Below, piece by piece: positions 13,078 through 26,039 of a DNA stretch of 64,000 bases. The notes below the pieces were generated by a model. That model was not told where the DNA came from. It did not search any database and saw only the letters and a list, made by a program, of their open reading frames with translations. This DNA comes from Octopus sinensis (taxonomy: Eukaryota). The position numbers were made by a program, and so were the translations under genes. The number at the start of each line of letters is the position of its first letter. The stretch's first letter is position 1. The stretch spans positions 7,702 through 71,701 of the forward strand of contig NW_021833751.1 in NCBI RefSeq assembly GCF_006345805.1. The letters run 5' to 3'.

Positions 13078-13291
13078 CTATTTCTTTATTACCTACAAGT
13101 GGCTAAACACAGAGGGGACAAACAAGGACAGACAAACGGATTAAGTCGATTACATTACTTAATTTATCGACCCCGAAAGGATGAAAGGCAAAGTCGACCT
13201 CGGCGGAATTTGAACTCACAACGTAACGACAGACGAAATACCGCTAAGCATTTCGCCCGGCGTGCTAACGTTTCTGCCAGCTCGCCGCCTT
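13078..13291 (-). mobile_element. SINE family A
   Basis: Full family A body and tail in reverse complement. Confidence 0.85.
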
Positions 13292-13598
13292 AACTAATAC
13301 CTTTATTGGCAAGTACTCTAGTGACAGAAGTATCGTTTGGTTATGCTTGAAATAAAGTCTAAAAAATCAGCGAAAAGGTCACACTCAATGGGGATTAATA
13401 ACAACAACAACAATCCTTTCTATTGAAGGCATAAATTTGGCGGGAGGGGACTGGTCGATTATATCGACCCTAGTATTTCACTGGTACTTAATTTATCGAC
13501 ACCGAAAAGATGAAAGGCAAAGTCGACATCGGCGGAATTTGAATAATTATAATAATAATAATAATATAATAATAATGATAATGATAATGATAATAATA

Positions 13599-13631
<33 letters not shown>

Positions 13632-13662
13632 TAATAACAATAATAATAATAATAATAATAAT

Positions 13663-14135
13663 TGATGCAGTACAGGCAGTGGCTCTCATGGCTTCGATCT
13701 AACTGATTGGAATGTTATCATGTAAATTTTTTGTCTTGGTATAAAAGATGGGCTACAGCAAATATTCTGCTCAATACCACAGATTTGCTTGTCAGTTGTT
13801 TGACCTTACCATTGAGCAGTCCCTTAGTGGCTGACGATATGTGCATCTCTGATCACGAGCAGAAGTATGGGGGAGCATCATGGCCATGAGAGATCTTTGG
13901 ATGAATGTTCACTGGAAACATATCGTTCAACATCCTAAAGCACCCTATTCAGGGACCGTGAGCAGGATGGGCTACTCAACCTGAAGAAAATAACTGGCCC
14001 CACCGCAAGTAACGTTTATCATATGAATCACCATGTCGCGCACATAGATGCACTGGTGCCTTTATCACGTAGTCATGATGGGTATATGGGCTTCGTTTTA
14101 CCCCAGTGTCACTTTGATGGCATGAACTGCTCATC
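13663..14135 (+). mobile_element. Diverged copy of family X between (AAT)n tracts
   Basis: Collinear with 1145-1689 with many small deletions. Confidence 0.85.
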
Positions 14136-14171
<36 letters not shown>

Positions 14172-14172
<1 letters not shown>

Positions 14173-14534
14173 TGCAAAACAATGTGACAACAGAAATGAA
14201 CGGACCGGTACCCTACGAAAATGACGACCGTCAAAACAATGGGCCGGACGCTGTTCCTCATGTCCCGCAAATAAAACCAAAAAGGCATAAATGGACACGT
14301 GAGGAATACATGTCTATCCTACACGCTTACTTTACAGCAGTGCTCTACCCAAATAACGAAAACACAACAACATATACATATAAAATGCATTACTAGGCAC
14401 TGCACACATCTTACGCAGAACACTTTCAATACAGTAACCAGCAGAGCATCACAACAAATCACATCACATACCGAAGGCACACAGAGCTGCGCTCGGTAGT
14501 GAAGTGAAAGCACGCTATAAAAATAAAACTACTG
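14172..14534 (+). mobile_element. Internally deleted derivative of the Dong-like element
   Basis: 14172-14386 matches about 5545-5760 and 14382-14534 matches about 8972-9125. The two parts join at AAAAT. Flanked by AAT repeats. Confidence 0.9.
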
Positions 14535-14670
14535 AATGATAATAATAACACCTCCTCAACCATCGACATTTCTTTTTAAATAGAATTTTAGAAAGTGGGT
14601 GCAGTCTTGTCTCATAAAAATCGGACATTTCATTCTTAATGACCTGATATATATATATCTATATATATAG

Positions 14671-14721
<51 letters not shown>

Positions 14722-14972
14722 CAGGTCAAACGGTGACGAAGCGGGCGCTACGGGATCTGCAGATGTGGAAGAGGTGTAGACTAAAACGACGGAGGCGTTT
14801 ATTGGCATCATTTCGCAGAAGTTCCAGCACTACCTCGAACCGTGGAAAACGCGCTTGACAAATGCATTGCTTCAAATGGAGAATACTCTGAAGGCGATAC
14901 AAGTCTAAACATGTAAAACGAAGTGAATAAAGTAATATTGCAAAATTCTGGTTTATGTTTGAGTACTCCTGG
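14722..14972 (+). mobile_element. mariner transposon 3' remnant
   Basis: DVEEV*TKTTEAF...WKTRLDKCIASNGEYSEGD is the typical mariner C-terminus. Ends at TA repeats. Confidence 0.8.
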
Positions 14973-15194
14973 TATATATATATATATATACAATTGTTTC
15001 ATGCTACTTCATTTTATTAAACACTGTGGTTTAATAAAATGAAGTAGCATGAAACAATTGTACTACACTACCTTGGATATCCTTGTTGCTTGTTTTGATT
15101 ATAATCACCCCATTTAATTTATATGGATAATACCATACAAAATTCAGGTGCCTTTAACTTAAGTACCATATTCGTCTGAATCTAAATTTTGCTG

Positions 15195-15243
<49 letters not shown>

Positions 15244-15311
15244 CTCCACGTTGGACCGCTGAACTCTACACAATATATTTTCCTTCTCTTTCTGTTTATT
15301 TCCTCTTATTC

Positions 15312-15347
15312 CTTTCTGCTGAAGAGCGTAGGCTCGAAACGTAAAAG
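15312..15347 (+). ncRNA. Minimal type I hammerhead-like motif, variant core CUGCUGA
   Basis: cttt-CTGCTGA-A-gagc gtag gctc-GAAA-CG-TA-aaag. Stem I 4 bp, stem II 4 bp, palindromic ACGT stem III, GUA triplet. Confidence 0.6.
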
Positions 15348-17144
15348 ACTTTTTCATTTTTCCCGGCTGTTAAAATAATACACTTGTTTGTTGTTCATAC
15401 AACTGTCTCCGTCTTTTGTTTTCTATAAATTTGAACTATCTATCTGTCTGTCTGTCTGTCTGTCTTGTCTGTCTGTCTGTCTCTCTATACTTACATGCAG
15501 TCTATACTTACATACGAACTTACAAACATATAGAAACCCACCGGGCTGTGTTACCTTATTTAAAACAAGCAAATGCCATAGAATAAACTCATGTTTCCTA
15601 TGATAACCTTTGAACCACTACGTTATTATTGCTAGAAATAGCAGTAAAACGTCCGCCAATCGCATCTTATTGCATTCAAACAGGAAGAACACATTGGAAT
15701 GTTTTCAGGTCAGCAATGCCTGGAGTAAACTTGTGTAATCATACAGCGTACATAAATGAGGGATGGTCACGGATGATAATTGGTCTGTTCCATCATAGGT
15801 GACCTGGAGTTAAATAACAAAGAACATCGACGAGCGACACGGAGCATCCATGTCATTGCCCGACCTGTTAGAAATAGCAGCTAAATCAATCTCGTATTTC
15901 TCATGAATGTGTTTAAAAAAAACGAAACTCATTGGCTTATATAGTCCTAGATAAACTATGTTTTAACAAGACAGACAAGATGCTTGCGGTAGAAAGTCTT
16001 ACATCATAGATTTTCGTGATCAATGCTAAGACCAAACAACCGCAATAACAACAACATTATCAGTTGAACCCACGACCACCACCACCAACACATATAAGCC
16101 ATCACGTAGACTTGATAAATTAAATCACATGAGGCTTAGAGTATCATGTTTGCTTGCACGAATTGATCGCCCACCTCTGAACACCTTATGGAAGAAGCTA
16201 CAGGACAAAACAACTGATAGATGTGCATTTTAGTTACAAGTACAAACATTTTAAATACTTGATATCGTTTCAAATCAATAGAAAACCATTATTAGAATCT
16301 CGGCAGTTGTTCTCTTTCGAAAAGATCATTAAATACACAATTCGGCTCTGAAAACGACTTTCTAACCGACCCACCTCTCTCTGTCTCTCTCTCCAACACA
16401 AACACCATTGCATTTCTACATCGCCTCCCACCTCTTCCAAAACAGAGACGTATAAGTAAATATGTAACCCCTACTTAGAGAAAGTAATTCCTTTGACTGC
16501 CAACATAATTAAGAATCGGCAGTGTGTCTATGATTGATAAGTCAGTGCTATCATAGAGGATAGAACAAAAAGCCAATATATTGGAATTAATTAATAATTA
16601 TACCCATAGTGAGGAGAACTAATCACTATTCTGAAGGTTGAATCTGGTCAAGACTGGCAAGGGGGATAATCCCTGTCGTTATTCTAAATAAAATTTATTG
16701 AACATTGGAAGTAGGAATGGGGTCGGGAGGGTGTTTGATTTTTGGTAGAAACAGTGAAAACTATAGACTAGTTTCAGTATTCTTTGAGCTGATGAGTGAA
16801 GCATAGTTTGTAATGCTGGCCTGGCACCAAACGGCTGATAGAGATAAGGGATTTTAATGATAAACATGGAAAGGTATGACAAACCTTTATAAACATTTGA
16901 AATTATATCCAAATTTCACGGTCCTCATCATAGAAAGACATTAATGTAGTGAAATATTAAATACACGAAAAAACTTTGCATTGAATAGGTAATGGGGTGG
17001 GGAGTAGGGGAAGTTAGGGAGCAGAACACTTAGGCATATGTGTGTGTGTATTTATAAGTATGTATATATGTATATTTGTATGCAAGTATGTATGTGTGTA
17101 TGCATGTATGTATATGTGTATGTATGTATTATGTATGTACATAA

Positions 17145-17200
<56 letters not shown>

Positions 17201-18379
17201 TTATCTATCTATCTATCTGCAAACAAAGGTGGTAACATGTAACAATATTGACCGAGGTTACCGTGGTCTTTTCCGTAGGCTTTTCTTCCCACGGATAAAC
17301 CTTATCTGCTTCTCCCTTTACACTTTACATCATGACATTGTGATACACGATCCCTATTGATCGTTTTTTTCCTTTGTTTCTTTTCCTTTTTTTGTTTCTT
17401 TTTTTTCTTCTTTCCCTTTTACGATCCCTTTTGATCGAAAACCTAACCCACCTTTTTTTTGTCTCCCCCAAAAGAATAGCTCTACTTTGTAATCTGTCCC
17501 GTCTGTGTGCAGTCCTGTGTTGTTAATAAAGAAACATAACTTTGTATCTATCTGTGTATCTGTTTATCGATTTATATCTACCTAAATATGTGTATCTATC
17601 GATTCCTCCATCCATCTATCTATCCATACCCTATATTTCTACATGCAGCCCTTGAAACAATGAGACATAAAACGCTATTATTCAAAATTTACATCTGTTT
17701 ACCGGGGACACCGGGATGAACCAAAAACTACTAACAAACAAATTCAACAAAATTAAAAACAAACAAACAAAACAAACAAACAAAAAAACAACCGAAATTA
17801 CTAAAAAAGAAATAGTGACAGATGTGAAATTATATCCAACCAAAACTTCAAAAATTTCCCTCTTTATCAAAGCTGTGAAACAATTTCTATATACCAACGG
17901 TTAAATAAAGAAAATACCAACAGCGCCTGGATATGAAAATATAACTAATTTTCGTTTTTGTTAATGTTTTAATTCATAATGTCATGACTTCTTAAACTAA
18001 ATGTAATCAATTCATCTTCCTCCACAAGAGTGTAATTACCTTCCCTGCTTCTAATAATAACAATTACTGATTACCTTCCCTAAAATTTATTTGTCTCCTT
18101 ATTCATTATCAAACGCATTTGCTCCTAATAATATGGAATGAAAACTTATGATAGTATGAAATTGTAATATTGTTACTAATTTCTTAGACATGTTTAGCAT
18201 ATGCGAAACCGGTCGACTATATAAATATCTTATCCCACATATATACGACGAGAATGAGTGCTCAACACCGCATTGAAGTATAAAATTTCTTTATTTGAGT
18301 ATTAAGGCTAGCATTGATTTCAGGTTTAGAAAAATAACTTTGTATCTTAAATTTTTTTTAAGCCGATCACATGGCGGAA

Positions 18380-18672
18380 TGGTGTTCGTCTCTATTTTGG
18401 ATGGAAGCGCAAAAATTTCGGGAAATACCTAAGAAATTCACAAAATGTTTCGTACTCTTGGATGAGGGAACATCATTGCTAAAACCAGAAAATACTGATG
18501 AAGGTGTACTAAATGTGAGCTCTGTATCACTGAAAAGCTAAATACAAAGTCAATAGATACCATCTTAAATATTAAGGATGAAGCCTTCTCTCCCTGCAAA
18601 CACAAGCAATATTTCACACTCAGGCATTTCAAAGAGGAATCACCACCCGCGCCACCAACCCCACGAGGATAG
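18380..18672 (+). mobile_element. Penelope-like element, C-terminal GIY-YIG remnant
   Basis: KCELCITEKLNTKSIDTILNIKDEAFSPCKHK matches the PLE C-terminal CxLC..EK..LN..E...C.H pattern. Confidence 0.75.
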
Positions 18673-19310
18673 TTTCTTTCCCTGAACATCAACATTAAAT
18701 ATATACAACACACGAACTCCACACATAGAAGAAACATTCCCCCCTGAAGAACTCCTTCGGCATACAAACACATAGACACCCAGAATATGATATAATATAA
18801 TGCAAACAAATTCAGCATTCAACACATTTCCCCCACCCAAGTCAAAACCAAGGGAGGTAATCACTTGAAAATGTCATCAAGAGTAGCAACTCTTCATTTC
18901 TTGTTTTCCTTACGAGATGTTTCGTGAATTCCTGAGTCTTTGTCCGAGACCTTTCGTGTTTTCATCTAAAATGGAGACAAACACTATTTCTTCCTGTAAT
19001 CGGCTTCGAATTTGTTAAGATACTAAAATATTTTTCTTAACATGAAACCAATGGTAGCCTTAATACAGACACACACACGCACACACACACATGCGCATAC
19101 AAACACACACACATTCTGTGCATTTTTATTCTATTATATCTTTCACTAAAACTCACCATGTGGAGAAAAACTTCATCGAAGATTTGACTGTATACACATA
19201 TGTCTATGTATGTATGCATGTATGTATGCATGCATGTACATATGTACATATATATTTATCCATCTACTTATATGTTTTTCTATCTACCTATCTACCTACT
19301 TTTTCTAGCA

Positions 19311-19357
19311 AAAACTGTCCGATGAACGGCAACGAGAAACTCAGAGTAACAGGTTTT
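19311..19357 (+). ncRNA. Minimal type I hammerhead ribozyme (U4C core)
   Basis: aaaactgt-CCGATGA-a cg gcaa cg a-GAAA-CTCAGAG-TA-acaggtttt. Stem I 8 bp with one bulge, stem III ACTC-A-GAGT, GUA triplet. Confidence 0.75.
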
Positions 19358-19407
19358 GTTGAATTTTCTGCTGCTTTAAATAAAGTATCTACCTACTTAT
19401 ATATATT

Positions 19408-19478
<71 letters not shown>

Positions 19479-19482
19479 GTTG

Positions 19483-19574
<92 letters not shown>

Positions 19575-20051
19575 GTCTATACTATGGTGCTTTAATGTGT
19601 ATAAATATATATCACACAATAGATACTTGAATTTTTCTAGCAGTTGATGATAACACAGTGCACAATCTGTAGCAACTTCTGTAGACAAGAATGGCAAAAA
19701 TCTATTAAGAATCCAAAACGTCTTCACGGAATTTCATATTTAAATTGAAGCAAATTATTTTGCGTTTTTTTTTTTGTTTTACAATATTTATTTCTACTTA
19801 AAGTATTTAAATTTCTCAAATGAAAACCCTTCTTTCACTTGAAGTTTTTTTATTTTATTAAACACTTTCTCGTTCTTCATATTATATACAACAATTATAT
19901 ATATATATACACACACATTCGCGCGCGCATTTATACACACAATCACGCATGCATATATGTATATTTAAAATTTAATTGTTAATAAGTTTGAGCATATTAT
20001 ATCTACTTACACACACACATACACACAATCACTCAAACATGCATAAACGCT

Positions 20052-20093
<42 letters not shown>

Positions 20094-20113
20094 ATATATA
20101 TATATATATATTA

Positions 20114-20214
<101 letters not shown>

Positions 20215-21091
20215 ATTATGAAAGATGATATAAGCGCACACATTGATGCATATATAGTGATACACATATACACACATGCATATACATGCGTATGTAGTCT
20301 CATCAGTATCATATTATATATACTAAGGTAGGAGCATTGACGTATATGTATGCATGTTTTATGCGTGTTTCCGTCTCTTTATGTGTTATATTTACATAAG
20401 ACACACACACACATATGCATATGAACGCTATGAATGGAAATAGATGAATTTACTTTCAATGACATAATATGTGCATCAAGGCTCATGTAAAAACCAATAA
20501 CGACTTGCAAACTCTGTGGATAATATTACCTGGGCCTGTTAATGCACATTAAAACACTGTTCCTTCAACAATCATATTGAAACTTAAGTAACAGGAATGT
20601 ATTTTATATTGAGCACTCAGATGAGGTTCATTGTATCTCACTCAATAAGGATATTTTTCATTTCATCTAAAGTTATACACATTAAAATTTAGAAAATAAC
20701 ACTAACATCGGTGCTATCTGGCGTGTTGGTATTGTGAATTTATTGTTGCTTAAGTATTTTTCTTAAAAAATATTATTGCCTCAAGAAATTGCGAGCAACA
20801 AATAAGATATACTTTGCGTAAGGCAAAAGAAAAAAGGGGTCAAATCAAGAGAGTTTTCTTTGCCTCAAGTAAAAATTCTTCTCCATGACAAACTGCAGCG
20901 AAAAGCCTTTTACGAGTTCGAATACCTCTGAAATTCATTGGAACTGTTCTTATGTTAGTTTACTTTTAATCATTACAGAGCGCATCTATTCACGAATTTG
21001 TTGCGATATGGCGGCCAAAATGAGTCGATTGATTTGATATGAAAATGAACTTCACTTTCCAGTCAAGTAAGAATAGCCTTTCTTTTGGTAT

Positions 21092-21137
21092 CTGATGCTG
21101 ATGAGAACTAACGGCTCGAAATGTATGCATCTATCAG
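21092..21137 (+). ncRNA. Minimal type I hammerhead ribozyme, canonical core
   Basis: ctgatg-CTGATGA-gaac taacg gctc-GAAA-tgtatgca-TC-tatcag. Stem I 6 bp, stem II with one mismatch, stem III 3 bp, AUC triplet. Confidence 0.75.
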
Positions 21138-21439
21138 CCTAAAAAGAGAGAGAGCTTTGAGTTGATTATGACGTTTTAATATTTTATCATGATAAATCAG
21201 AAATTTTCTTCATGACAAAACTGATGTGAAAATGTTTTACGGGTTCAAATATTTCTCAAATACATTTCAACTGGTAGCTAGTTTGTTTTCCTCTCAGCCA
21301 CTGCTTTGCGATTCTATTCACGAATACATACATACATACATACATACATACATACATACATACATACATACATGAACACATACACACACACACATATATT
21401 GAAATTATGCAATAGAACCAACTCAAGATTAAATCTTTA

Positions 21440-21504
21440 TATAGGCACAGTAAATGACTGCCTCCCAACCACATGCCTCCGGGTTCAGACCCACTTTGGG
21501 GAGG

Positions 21505-21576
<72 letters not shown>

Positions 21577-21768
21577 AATACTGCTTGACAACCCGGTGTA
21601 GTGTGTTTATGTCCACGTAGAATAGTGGTTCGGCAAAGGGATCGATAAAGTAAGTACTAAGCTTAAGAAATGGAATTACCAGGGGTCAACTAGTTCGACT
21701 AAAATTCTTCAATGTGCTGCCCCAGTGTGCCTGCAGTCTCACGACTGAAAGAATGAAAGAATATAAAA
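21440..21768 (+). mobile_element. Decayed SINE family B with internal (TA)n(TG)n
   Basis: aaccacatgcctccgggttcagacccac head and gcttgacaacc...ggttcggcaaa 3' part. Confidence 0.7.
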
Positions 21769-22053
21769 GGTACGCAACATATTTAATACACTAATATAGT
21801 TCAAAAGCCGGAGGGTGTAGAATGCTTCCCAAAACAAGGTCCCTTTACTAACTTTACAATATACTACAAAGACGAAATCAAGTGGCCCCTGACACACCGC
21901 AACCACGTCGAGATGCACATCTGTCATTCATGTGGTCACTTTCTGAGTTAGTGTGTCAGTCTGATCATATATATATATATATGTGACCGCGTGTTTACCG
22001 TTTGCGATTTTTTTCCCTCTGTCTTCCCTTCTCTGGATTTTTCTTTCTCCTAT

Positions 22054-22088
22054 GTTTCCGACGAAGAGCTCCGCTCGAAACGTTAAAC
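22054..22088 (+). ncRNA. Minimal type I hammerhead (CCGACGA+A) inside a ~200-bp (TA)n-flanked element (about 21985-22190)
   Basis: gttt-CCGACGA-A-gagc tcc gctc-GAAA-CG-TT-aaac. ACGT palindromic stem III. Confidence 0.7.
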
Positions 22089-22436
22089 CCTCCTTCTTTC
22101 CTTCTTTCCTGAGCGTCCAATAATACTATATTTGTTCCACGTCCTCGCGTTGTTGTATTTTTTTGTGCTTTCTTGTTTGGATTAACTATATATATATGTA
22201 TATATATATAAGTAAATAAATGGAGTTGAACGAAGATATTAAAATTCTTTTACTTTCGACTTCGTTAAACCCCATTTATTTACTTATACTACACAAATTA
22301 CTGCACATTAACCCGGAGTTTCTACCTTTCATTAGGTCGTTTCATCCGTGTTACTTGCGTGAATTTTGGTACCCTGGTAACTGTTTATTGAATTTTCCAT
22401 GTTAACGGTAAACAAAGGATAATTCATACATCCATT

Positions 22437-22869
<433 letters not shown>

Positions 22870-23407
22870 AAGCTAGTTAGTTAGATGTAGAAACTAATGT
22901 TTAGATATATATACTAAATATTTCTGTGGAGAAAAACTACATATTTCATAAACTACGTATTTCATAATGCACAGGGCAGTTGAAGCGACCGAGAGAAATA
23001 TTTAATATTATTTCTATCATAAAATCCCTGTCATTTTCTATTACATTTGTATATAATATGAACACTTAAGTGGATTATATTGTAGTGTACGTTGTAATGA
23101 TAACAAGTATTACACGGCACATGATAAGGCCAACATATATGGACATAGACAGTTGAATCTTTGCTATTCCAAGCGACAGAACAGATATTTTTGGCGGGTA
23201 GACGAGATTTTATCGGTTCTAACTTATGTTATCGACTCCAAAGGATGAAAGACAGAGTTCGAACTGACTGAATTCGAACTCAGATATCCAGTGAGGTAGG
23301 TGAATAACACTGGATATTTTATCTTGCACTCTATCGATTCTAAAATTTGGTTGTAAGACATGAGAATTGCTGTGCAGTCGCTGGTTTCGGCTGCTTGCCA
23401 CATCGAC

Positions 23408-23645
23408 GGCGCCTGTTGAACTGGCAGAAACGTTAGCACGCCGGGCGAAATGCATAGCCGTATTTCGTCTGTCGTTACGTTCTGAGTTCAAATTCCGCCG
23501 AGGTCGACTTTACCTTTCATCCTTTCGGGGTCGATAAATAAAGTACCAGTTTCCCACTGGGGGTCGATGTAATCGACTTAATCCCTTTGTCTGTTCTTGT
23601 TTGTCCTCTCTATGTTTAGCCCCTTGTGGGCAGTAAAGAAATATA
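23408..23645 (+). mobile_element. SINE family A
   Basis: A box-like tggcagaaacgttagc, B box gagttcaaattcc, tail ending gtaaagaaata. Confidence 0.9.
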
Positions 23646-24984
23646 TCTATATACATTTTTAACTCGTGGCAAACTTTTCAACTGCACAAGTCCCACCCAA
23701 CACCCTTTTTTCACTCTTCGAATCACTCTCATTCTACAGCACAGCACATTCGGCAACAAAAACTTTCATATTGGGCTCATAGTCTGCTCTCATTGCATCA
23801 TCAACAACCATTTAAATAATTTCTAATTTACCTCAGAGGCATAAGTACAGTTATACACACGATACAGCTAACGTACCCCCATATACACACACTAGTACTT
23901 ACTAACACACTCACACATAGACACACAGACACACAGACTGACTTTTACCCGACCTATTGCGCCTGTCCATCATTTGTACTCACCATTCAAATACATTGTC
24001 TGCTACTCAAACGCCACAACTATTTACTTATCTACCCGTTTCCTTTCACTGTCCCCACCACCACCCGTATATAGCTACGCGCCGACTCTCTTCTTCTCTC
24101 TATCATCTCTATCTTTCTTCTCTTCCATTCCCCTAACCATCCTACTTTCCTTTATTTTCCCACAACAACTAAATATGTATTTAAGAAATGCTACATTTAC
24201 CATGTTTAGTCATAGACGAAATTATGCTATCAGTTGATCTTACTGAAGAATTATTAATCTTCGGAGACAGTTTCCGGATAACATTTCATAAATAACAACC
24301 AATCTAGCCTTGACTAACCATAGATGTCAGAGTGAGCGCGTGACGAAGAGATAATGATAGATAGAAAGATAGAGGATAGAGAAGGGAAGAGGTGGTAGGA
24401 CAGACAGGAATGGCGTAGAAACTGAAAAATTCGAATGTTTAAAATCTCCCTTCCTAAAACTGATTTTCACTTCGCTTCCAAATATCTTAGTTCCTAATTT
24501 TTGTATCGTAAGCATTGTTGTATCTGCTGGATGTTTCACAGGTTTCGTGACAAAAATTTATTACCTAGATTATCATATACATACATACATACATACATAC
24601 ATACATACATACATACATACATACATACATACATTATATATATATATATAATGAAGAGTATGGAGAGATGCATTTGCAACAGAGAATGGTTGCTGCAACG
24701 GAAACACGTGTAGGTCATTATAATATACTTTATTACTATAAAATAAATTTTGTGGAAGTACAACCCTCCGTACACTTTATTATTAATAACATTAATATAC
24801 ACTCCAGATAACTTTTACTGTTCCGTGCAGAGAACACAGAATTACCCATCGGAAGAACTTACAGAGTAATTAACAACTAAATCTAGTCACAGACGTTAGA
24901 TACTTAGCCTCGTTGAGGTTAGCCGTTAACTGGAACTTAATTGAGAACTAATACGGTACCCGAGCGGATGATATGTCATTCCAA

Positions 24985-25023
<39 letters not shown>

Positions 25024-25767
25024 ATGGATGACTACTAAGTGGGCATCCATTATGGTAGAGGTAGACCCCCATATAGTCTGACCACTAAGAAAAGATTGTT
25101 CTCAAGAAAATTCAGCAAACGTCAGAACGTAAGCGTGCGAGACAAATGAAAAGATACAAAATATAAAGATTTATCAAAAATTCGATTTCATTGTTACCAC
25201 TTACGTAATACTTACGTAAATGTCCGCAATTCATCAGAAATCCGCATGAGATTGAACATGCATACAGTTCTACCAATTAAATTTGGGTTTATATTTCAAA
25301 AGTCTTCGTTTTGGTGCGCCAAATACCGGAAATAATTCTGCTGAAAATAATTCTCTGCAGTGTATTTTGCCGGTTAGAGAAAAATGGTTATTTAAATTTA
25401 AATAATAAGGGTGAAAAATTGAATATTAATCTGATTAACATCAATTTAAGACCTGTGGCTTAGCATATTGAAAAATCTGAAGATTCAGAAAAACTTATAT
25501 TGCGCATATATATATATATAATGGAATAGTTACTATGAAGCACTGTATAGAATATATTGTATTAAGGATCGTGGGTAAGGCCAGAACAATGCGAAGTAAA
25601 TGCAAGGCAAATCCCAAGAAAACAAATATATGAATTAAGGTAGACTTACCTTGTATTCAATATTTCGGGGTTATAAGTTTACATTAATTCATATATTTGT
25701 TTGCTTTGGATTTGCTTTGCATTTACTTCGCATTGTTCTGGCCTTACCCACGATCCTTTATAGAGTA

Positions 25768-25808
<41 letters not shown>

Positions 25809-25832
25809 CAAGTAGGGAAAATATCTATAACG

Positions 25833-26039
25833 GATGCAAGTTGTAACAATACTGAGAAGTGATGTTTGTCGCCACTTCAACATGGCTGTTCCGTACGAAC
25901 CAACGTTACTACAATTTTCAACCCCAAGTGGACGCCACCAGTAGCTAGTTATCGATGCAATCTGCACCCGGGTTCGTACGAAACAGCCATTTTGAGGAGG
26001 CGACAAACATTACTTCTGAGTATAGTTACTACTTACATC
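25833..26039. repeat. Imperfect foldback with ~69-bp arms (MITE-like)
   Basis: 25833-25901 is the reverse complement of 25971-26039. A further inverted partial copy lies at 26248-26359. Confidence 0.8.
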
